36,661 nt of DNA, taken from contig JAVECO010000083.1 in NCBI GenBank assembly GCA_051942205.1, positions 62,001-98,661 on the forward strand. Direction: 5' to 3'. The position numbers and the translations under genes were made by a program. The notes beneath the pieces are model-generated. The model was given only the letters and a program-made list of their open reading frames with translations. It ran no database searches and was not told the origin of the DNA. Each line of letters starts with the position of its first letter. The first letter of the stretch is position 1. Positions 32,719 to 36,661 of the stretch are shown piece after piece. Source of the stretch: Coniocarpon cinnabarinum. Its lineage: Eukaryota.

Positions 32719-35700
32719 TCATGAAAATACGTCTGCAATGTTGCGAACGATGGGACTGCTGCCGGGATCTTGTACCGGGCTGCGTGGATCGCTCTCTTCC
32801 TCGTTCGGACCACGCTCGGGACCGACGACGGTCGATTGGGGTCTTTCATCAACAGCGACGCCGAGTGCGTCTGCAAAGGGATTCTTCGTAAACTCGGTCG
32901 CGCGGGGTGACATCAACGCGTCCATGTCATCCTGTGTAGTGAGTGCAGAGTGAAATGACTCTCGTTTCCCCTCATTGATCGGGGGTGGTGAGCGCGAGAC
33001 CAGCTGCCTTGCCTGGCCCGCGAGTATATATTCGGAGCGAATGTCGTAAGAGCTGCTGGTGCTCATTCCCAGCTTAGAGCGAAGTTTCCGTCGATCGCTT
33101 GCAGTCGACTCAACCACTTGCTCAGTCTGCGGACTTGGTCCGTCAACCCTCGTCAGATCCGCAGTCGGTGAGCGCAGGCTTGCGAAAGCCTTTTCTCTTG
33201 CGCTTGGAACGGGAAGAGGCAGCTTCGGTCGTCCATGAGGAAGTTGCATTTGCTGAGCGAAGCCTAAATTTTCCCGTGGCGATGTGAGTCCTAGGCCATC
33301 ATCATTCTGCAAAGCGGCAGGTGGGCCTATCCCAGACATAGCGAAATTAGAGGAACGAGGAGACGTGAGCGGCTCTACAGGCGGGTTTGACTCGAAGGCA
33401 GGCTGCGTAGCTATGCCGTCCAGACTATCCGGAGGCATGATTGGCTTGACCTTCGGCGGCTGCCGCTGAGGAATATCAGGTGCGTCTGCAATCTGCTTGT
33501 TCTCAAGGGGTAATGCTGGAGGATTGGACAATGATGATGGTTGGGATGCAGGCTGTTGCAAGCCGGTTCGTGGAGCTTGGAATGTCGTTACTCTAGGAGA
33601 CGTAAGGCCAAGTGTGTCGTCCGGTGTCGGAGGCTGAGCTGGATTTAGACCAAACTCGAGTGAACGAGGTGAGGGTTGGAACGAGCTCATGCCAGCATTT
33701 GAGCTTTGAAAGCGCGAAACGTGATTCAACGGAAGATTCAGAGGCTTCAGGTGGGGAGGAGATGCTTTGGACATCGGAGCCTGCGGTTCGCGGAACGGCG
33801 CTGGTGGGGGATGCGGCTGGAGAGCAGAAAACGCAGAAGAGCTTGCCGATGATTGCGACAAGGGAGAATAGAGTGATGGTGTTGAAATGTTTGATATACT
33901 TGATCCAGGTGCACCGGAGGAACGAGGGATCGACAAAGATCCAGTTGGTAGTGAGCTTGTTGGCAGAGCACTGCTGGGAGCTGGAGAATCAGTGGTTTTA
34001 TGAGACACATCGGAAGCGGCTTCCTTCGGCCATGAGAAGCCTGATGGAGCCGAAGATGGGCCTGGCGTCACCGCATCTCTGTCCGTGGTGATTGACAGCG
34101 CCTTTTGACTCTCATCATCGGGCGGTAATGGTGCACTTCGAGGCCCTGACTCCTCACTAGTCCGGTCTCTGTCTTGTGACCGGCGGCTCGGTGACTCGAC
34201 CGTAGTGACGGTGCTCAGCGCGGTAAGTTTGCCCTTGCTGTCTTTCCGCCTGTGACTGATCCCACGTTTGGGCATTCCAGCACTCAGCTTCATGAGCTCC
34301 GTCCGAAATTCTTGTAATTGCATGATAAGACTCATGTTTGGACTGATCCATTTGCTACGTCGTTTGACTGCATCATAGGCTTCTTGCACTGTCATACTGG
34401 GGTTCTTGAACAAACCGTAAGCAACGATCAATGACGCCGAGCGACTGACACCCAGCTGACAATGTATCAGCACCCTTTTACCATCTTGCACTCGCTCATC
34501 AACCAGTTTGACAAGGTCGTACAAATCCGGCACGATATCGGTGTTATGATCCCACGGAATGTGAACGTATTCTGGCTGCGTCACTGGCTCTGTAGCTGGT
34601 GTGTCACCAGCTCTAGGGGTGGTCGGAGAAGACGCCAACATTGCGTTCTTTGTGTCAGGGACCGGCGCTGATTTCGGGGCGTCAAAGGGATTCTTGACCT
34701 CACTTGCGACATTGACCACCACATCAAACCGACACGCAACATCTGTTGGGGGTTCGTAAAAGAGATATACGTGCGGATCGTAAATACAAATTGGTCCGTC
34801 GGGATATGCCTGAGGTTTGGGTTCAGCCGATTGTGGCACATCGTAGTTCGGCTCGTCCTCATCTTTTTCTTGCGGTACTTCCGCAAAACCAACGTTGACA
34901 CTCCTTCGCGTTGCAAGAGGTGGCAATTTCATGCCACCTTCTGGGGGCACACCAGGCGAAGCCAGCGGAAGCGATGGAGAAGACGGGAAATGTCGCAAGA
35001 CATGAGGCCGCACTAAGCTTGGAGTCGGCGGCACCTCTGAGATCTCACGAACCGGCGGAGAGTTGGATGCAGGAGTAACTATGCTGAGTCCCAAGCTACT
35101 GCCTTTTCGCTTTGGAGGTCTAGCCGGCTTCACAAACGCGGGCGATGCAGGCGCCGAGATCATAGTCAAGTCGGATGGCTGTCGTGACGGCACGGAGGCC
35201 GTCACGAGAGCACGACCAAACGTGGCCGCACTCGAGGTGTCTACGGCTAATCCCTTGAGGTTACGAGGCTTCTTGGAGGCAGTCGAGGGACGAGACGCGG
35301 TGTGAGGAGCAGGCGGTTGCCGCAATACCTCTGGTTTTTCGGCGAGATGGGCGTGGTTGGCCAGCGTGAATGACGAAAGCGAGAGAGTGGACGCGGGCGT
35401 GTCTGGAGATGTGATAGGGGTGTCGTTATTATTGCTGTAGGATTCCGCTGGAGACACGGTAGTCGTGGGTGAGGATGTGGATGAGTCGGACGCGGCGGTG
35501 GAGGTGGTGGAGGTACTGTCACGGTGAAGGTGAAACGAAGGGTAACCTGGCACCGCCTTTGATTGTCTGGGCTTTTCTGCTTGGGATTGTGAAACGTTTT
35601 CGTCGTGCTTGCTGCTTGTTGTCTGATGGGCCGTCGAAACGTGTGGAGGAGGTCGAAGAATGCTGTCAGGTTCTTCCTCGAGGGTTGGTGGAAATGAAGG

Positions 35701-35922
35701 CATATGGCTAGAGGGATACGCGTTCGCAAGTTGCACCGGCATTCTGCATTGGCGTGATGAATGTGACGATAGGCCTTTGCGCCTCGCGAAAGCCGGTCTC
35801 CGCCAAATGTACGTAGATCTTGAAGGAGCCTCGATGCGGAAGGCTGATGCGTCTTCTAGAGCAGGCGCATCTGGATATCTGTCGCATGCCATGTTAGCGG
35901 TGATTGGAGTCGCGATTTCCAT
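32719..35922 (-). CDS. MSG5: Dual-specificity MAPK phosphatase (Msg5/Sdp1/Pmp1-like), about 1067 aa from the first in-frame ATG
   Basis: AYPDGPICIYDP.VYLF.EP, FDVVVNVASEV, YVHIPWDHNT, catalytic HCQLGVSRS (CX5R), ISPNMSLIMQL and D-site-like KKPRNLKGLAV. The ORF-track start at 36000 is GTG, so the true start is uncertain. Confidence 0.88.
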   Translation of the reverse strand: MEIATPITANMACDRYPDAPALEDASAFRIEAPSRSTYIWRRPAFARRKGLSSHSSRQCRMPVQLANAYPSSHMPSFPPTLEEEPDSILRPPPHVSTAHQTTSSKHDENVSQSQAEKPRQSKAVPGYPSFHLHRDSTSTTSTAASDSSTSSPTTTVSPAESYSNNNDTPITSPDTPASTLSLSSFTLANHAHLAEKPEVLRQPPAPHTASRPSTASKKPRNLKGLAVDTSSAATFGRALVTASVPSRQPSDLTMISAPASPAFVKPARPPKRKGSSLGLSIVTPASNSPPVREISEVPPTPSLVRPHVLRHFPSSPSLPLASPGVPPEGGMKLPPLATRRSVNVGFAEVPQEKDEDEPNYDVPQSAEPKPQAYPDGPICIYDPHVYLFYEPPTDVACRFDVVVNVASEVKNPFDAPKSAPVPDTKNAMLASSPTTPRAGDTPATEPVTQPEYVHIPWDHNTDIVPDLYDLVKLVDERVQDGKRVLIHCQLGVSRSASLIVAYGLFKNPSMTVQEAYDAVKRRSKWISPNMSLIMQLQEFRTELMKLSAGMPKRGISHRRKDSKGKLTALSTVTTVESPSRRSQDRDRTSEESGPRSAPLPPDDESQKALSITTDRDAVTPGPSSAPSGFSWPKEAASDVSHKTTDSPAPSSALPTSSLPTGSLSIPRSSGAPGSSISNISTPSLYSPLSQSSASSSAFSALQPHPPPAPFREPQAPMSKASPPHLKPLNLPLNHVSRFQSSNAGMSSFQPSPRSLEFGLNPAQPPTPDDTLGLTSPRVTTFQAPRTGLQQPASQPSSLSNPPALPLENKQIADAPDIPQRQPPKVKPIMPPDSLDGIATQPAFESNPPVEPLTSPRSSNFAMSGIGPPAALQNDDGLGLTSPRENLGFAQQMQLPHGRPKLPLPVPSAREKAFASLRSPTADLTRVDGPSPQTEQVVESTASDRRKLRSKLGMSTSSSYDIRSEYILAGQARQLVSRSPPPINEGKRESFHSALTTQDDMDALMSPRATEFTKNPFADALGVAVDERPQSTVVGPERGPNEEESDPRSPVQDPGSSPIVRNIADVFS

Positions 35923-36661
35923 CCCCGTCGCTGCTACGAAGACTACACTCGTTCGGACGTGCGAGGCCGTGGAGATGAAGTCAGTCGCCCTGGGCAACAC
36001 GTGCGCTGCTCATGTCGGCGTATTCTCATGTGCGTACGAGGCACAGCGCAAGACCGAGGAAACGATCTCCCAACATTGGAGACTCGAAGGGGGGGAAAAC
36101 GAGCATGAGGGGCACGACCTACAGAAGTAATTAGACACTAATTCCGGGCGTCACGATGAGACGTGCGAAGTCGTTGCGGGCGCGTAAAGGAGCGACTGAG
36201 AAGATGAAGCGCCGGTGAAGGAGGTGGTGGAGGAGCCAGCTGCGTTTGAGATTATGCGCCGAAGCAGGTAGGTCGCCGGCTGTGGCTTGCTCTGACCCAA
36301 GAAGGGAGGTGTGTGAGGAGCGACCCACGAGAAGCCGGTGGGAAGGCGGGCGCAGGGACGTATAGACGGAGAGGGTCGAGCTGTATGGAGGAGGACAGAG
36401 GGGAGACCCAAGTGTCACGCGTGTGACGGGCGGTAAGAGGGCGAATGGGAGGGGAAGGAGAAGGCGTGGAGGAGTGATGGGCGTGCAGAGGAGGTGAGTA
36501 GAAAGGAAAAGCGCGCGAGGGAGAAAGCAGACGAAGGCAGCTGGGTAGAGGAGACGCTGAGTCGTGGAGGAGTTCGCCGGGCGCTTAAAGAGGAGCAAGC
36601 CCGCAGCGAGATACTATGAGAGATATCGGACAGGAAAAGAATCAAGGCGATCAGCGGCAGA

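Noticed and set aside
32147..32953. 268-aa plus-strand ORF
   Set aside because: Non-ATG start, no recognisable motif, and it overlaps the 3' end of the phosphatase antisense.

Overview
Gene-dense, intron-containing genomic DNA of a filamentous ascomycete (short GT..AG introns with CTRAC-type branch points). Supported genes in order: 3' part of a GRGGAGN-repeat (DUF3602/Par32-like) gene, PAM18, RLP24, a (6-4) photolyase/animal-like cryptochrome, a CDH-cytochrome + cytochrome b561 membrane protein, ADP/ATP carrier, ERG24, an MRL1-like mannose-6-phosphate-receptor protein, a secreted GESAG lipase, pacC/RIM101, a small orphan gene, an intronless stand-alone retropepsin-like aspartic protease ORF, a CAP10/GT90 glycosyltransferase and an MSG5/Pmp1-like MAPK phosphatase. 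The most distinctive signals are non-coding. A 164-bp MITE-like family has four copies in 18 kb, with split TIRs (CAAGGGC...GCCCTTG) and 3-bp CNG target duplications. A second, 225-bp foldback element with CAC...GTG termini and a CGAG duplication sits upstream of pacC. There is also a dense cluster of PacC sites (GCCARG) upstream of pacC and a RIP-like AT/TpA-rich island. All exon/intron coordinates were read by hand and no database searches were run.
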